From NCBI RefSeq assembly GCF_000006765.1, contig NC_002516.2: a stretch of 64,000 nucleotides of DNA. The stretch is one strand, 5' to 3'. Below, piece by piece: positions 62,574 to 64,000 of the stretch. The translations under genes were made by a program, and so were the position numbers. The notes under the pieces are model-generated. The model was not told the origin of the DNA and did no database searches. It saw nothing but the letters and a program-made list of their open reading frames with translations. This stretch comes from Pseudomonas aeruginosa PAO1 (GTDB lineage: Bacteria > Pseudomonadota > Gammaproteobacteria > Pseudomonadales > Pseudomonadaceae). Numbering within the stretch: position 1 is the stretch's first letter; every line of letters starts with the position of its first letter.

Positions 62574-62713
62574 GTAGGGCGAATAGCGCCAACGGCGCTA
62601 TTCGCCGATACACCGGACCCACCCCGGCGGATAACCGCAAGCGGTTATCCGCCCTACACCAAGACCGTCCCACCCACCACGTAGGGCGGATAGCGCCAAA
62701 GGCGCTATCCGCC
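62574..62713. repeat. Three GTAG-type REP palindromes (+,-,+)
   Basis: GTAGGGCGAATAGCGCC..GGCGCTATTCGCC (62574), GGCGGATAACCGC..GCGGTTATCCGCCCTAC (62626), GTAGGGCGGATAGCGCC..GGCGCTATCCGCC (62681). Confidence 0.9.
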
Positions 62714-62742
62714 GATGCATCGACTCCACAAGGGCTGCGTCG

Positions 62743-63498
62743 TCATCCGCCCGCCCAATCGCGTTCCAGGGTTCCGAGCACGACACCCTGGGTCCGCAAC
62801 GCTGCCAGCAACTCCAGCCCCGCCGCGTCGAGCGCTCCGGGCGCACTCCGCGCCTCGAGCGCCAGCGCCGCCAGGTGCTCGCGCCCGCTCAGGCGCCGTC
62901 TCGCCAGCGACTCCAGCAGGCGGCAGGCCAGCGGAGTCAGGCGCGCGGTATGCACGCGATGCGAGGAATCGCGGTGCATCAACAGCAGGGTCGGTTCCGC
63001 AGGCGCTTCGGCGAGCGCGACGTCCTCTTCGAGCCGATGCACCGGCCAGCGATAGCCCAGCGGCAGCGCCAGGCTCGACAGCAGCGGCACCCCGTCGAGC
63101 AGGTCGCCTTCACGCCGATACGGCGGATCGTCGGGCTCGGCCAGGTAGAGGCGCGTTTCGCTCCATTCGAAGTGGGCCAACTCGGCTTGCCACGCCGGCC
63201 GATACTCGCCCCGCTGCCGCAGGTAGTCGACGAAGACCCCGGCGATACGGGTGAACAGGGGGGTATGGCTTCTCTCCTCGCGATAGAACTCGCGCACCAG
63301 GCCATGCCACTGCTGCTCGCCAAGCAGCCCGCGCAAGCGCGGGAAGCCGCTGGCAAGGAGGCCTTCGATGGCGTTGTAGAACAGCTCGCGGTAGACCCGC
63401 AGGCGACGTTCTTCGATGTCCGGCGGCGGCGCATTGCCAAGCGGGTCGCGCAGGTGCCGGGCGAGGCTGAACTGCTGTTGGCGCAGGCGCTCATCCAT
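62743..63498 (-). CDS. DUF2063 (HvfC/BufC-like) MNIO partner protein (PA4105)
   Basis: [40 protein letters not shown]. Confidence 0.88.
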   Translation of the reverse strand: MDERLRQQQFSLARHLRDPLGNAPPPDIEERRLRVYRELFYNAIEGLLASGFPRLRGLLGEQQWHGLVREFYREERSHTPLFTRIAGVFVDYLRQRGEYRPAWQAELAHFEWSETRLYLAEPDDPPYRREGDLLDGVPLLSSLALPLGYRWPVHRLEEDVALAEAPAEPTLLLMHRDSSHRVHTARLTPLACRLLESLARRRLSGREHLAALALEARSAPGALDAAGLELLAALRTQGVVLGTLERDWAGG

Positions 63499-64000
63499 GA
63501 CGGCGTCCCTCGTCGCGTTGCCATTGGCGGATCTGCTCCACTTCCAGCAGCAGTTCGCCCAGCGGCGGATAGTTGAAGTCCCGCTCGAGCAGGGTCGGGC
63601 GCACGCCGAAGCGACGATAGGCGGCTCCGAGCAAGGCCCAGACGCCGGGCTTCACGGCGGCACCATGGGTGTCGATCTTCAGGTCCGGCGCCTCGTCGTA
63701 GTGCCCCGCCACATGGTAGGCGGCGACCCGCCCGGGCGGCAGCCGGACGAGGAAGTCGAGGGCGTCGTAGCCGTGGTTGCAGGCGTTGACGAACAGGTTG
63801 TTGACGTCCAGCAACAGGTCGCAGTCGGCCTCGTCGAGTACCGCGTTGACGAACTCGATCTCGCTCATCTCCCGGTACGGCGCTGCATAGTAGGAAATGT
63901 TCTCCACCGCGATGCGCCGCTCCAGGCGCTCCTGCGCCTCGCGGATGCGCGCCGCGACGTGACGCACCGCGGCCTCGGTGAACGGCAGCGGCAACAGATC
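63491..64000 (-). CDS. DUF692 multinuclear non-heme iron oxidative enzyme (MNIO), 3' part (PA4106)
   Basis: [29 protein letters not shown] and TLLERD iron-ligand motifs. Confidence 0.92.
   Translation of the reverse strand, partial: DLLPLPFTEAAVRHVAARIREAQERLERRIAVENISYYAAPYREMSEIEFVNAVLDEADCDLLLDVNNLFVNACNHGYDALDFLVRLPPGRVAAYHVAGHYDEAPDLKIDTHGAAVKPGVWALLGAAYRRFGVRPTLLERDFNYPPLGELLLEVEQIRQWQRDEGRRHG

Overview
High-GC Pseudomonas aeruginosa chromosomal segment. Gene order and proteins match my recollection of PAO1 PA4043-PA4106; PA numbers below are recalled, not database-checked. Left part is core: ispA-dxs, a REP array, then btuF-like/ribA/pgpA/thiL/nusB/rib genes/nrdR with an FMN riboswitch inside the operon. 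Next come a frameshifted methyltransferase, a Zur-boxed His-rich ABC module and oprG. Two FeaR-like AraC catabolic modules flank a stand-alone A-T-R NRPS-like gene, the cupB fimbrial cluster, an orphan MoaF/aminotransferase/SDR operon and hpaAC. The right end holds bfmRS and a DUF692 (MNIO)/DUF2063/DoxX/MsrQ-like module cut by the window edge. Most promising leads: (1) a tandem (T/C)G(G/T)C(A/C)-N8-CAA(A/G/C) box with 22-bp period at three catabolic promoters, suggesting one aryl-alcohol/diol regulon built around an alpha-hydroxyketone-cleaving cupin; (2) the BfmR-linked MNIO RiPP-like module; (3) a 37-codon leader ORF with a hairpin-sequestered SD between the FMN aptamer and ribC; (4) the A-T-R NRPS. 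No rRNA, tRNA, CRISPR array, transposase or integrase was seen.
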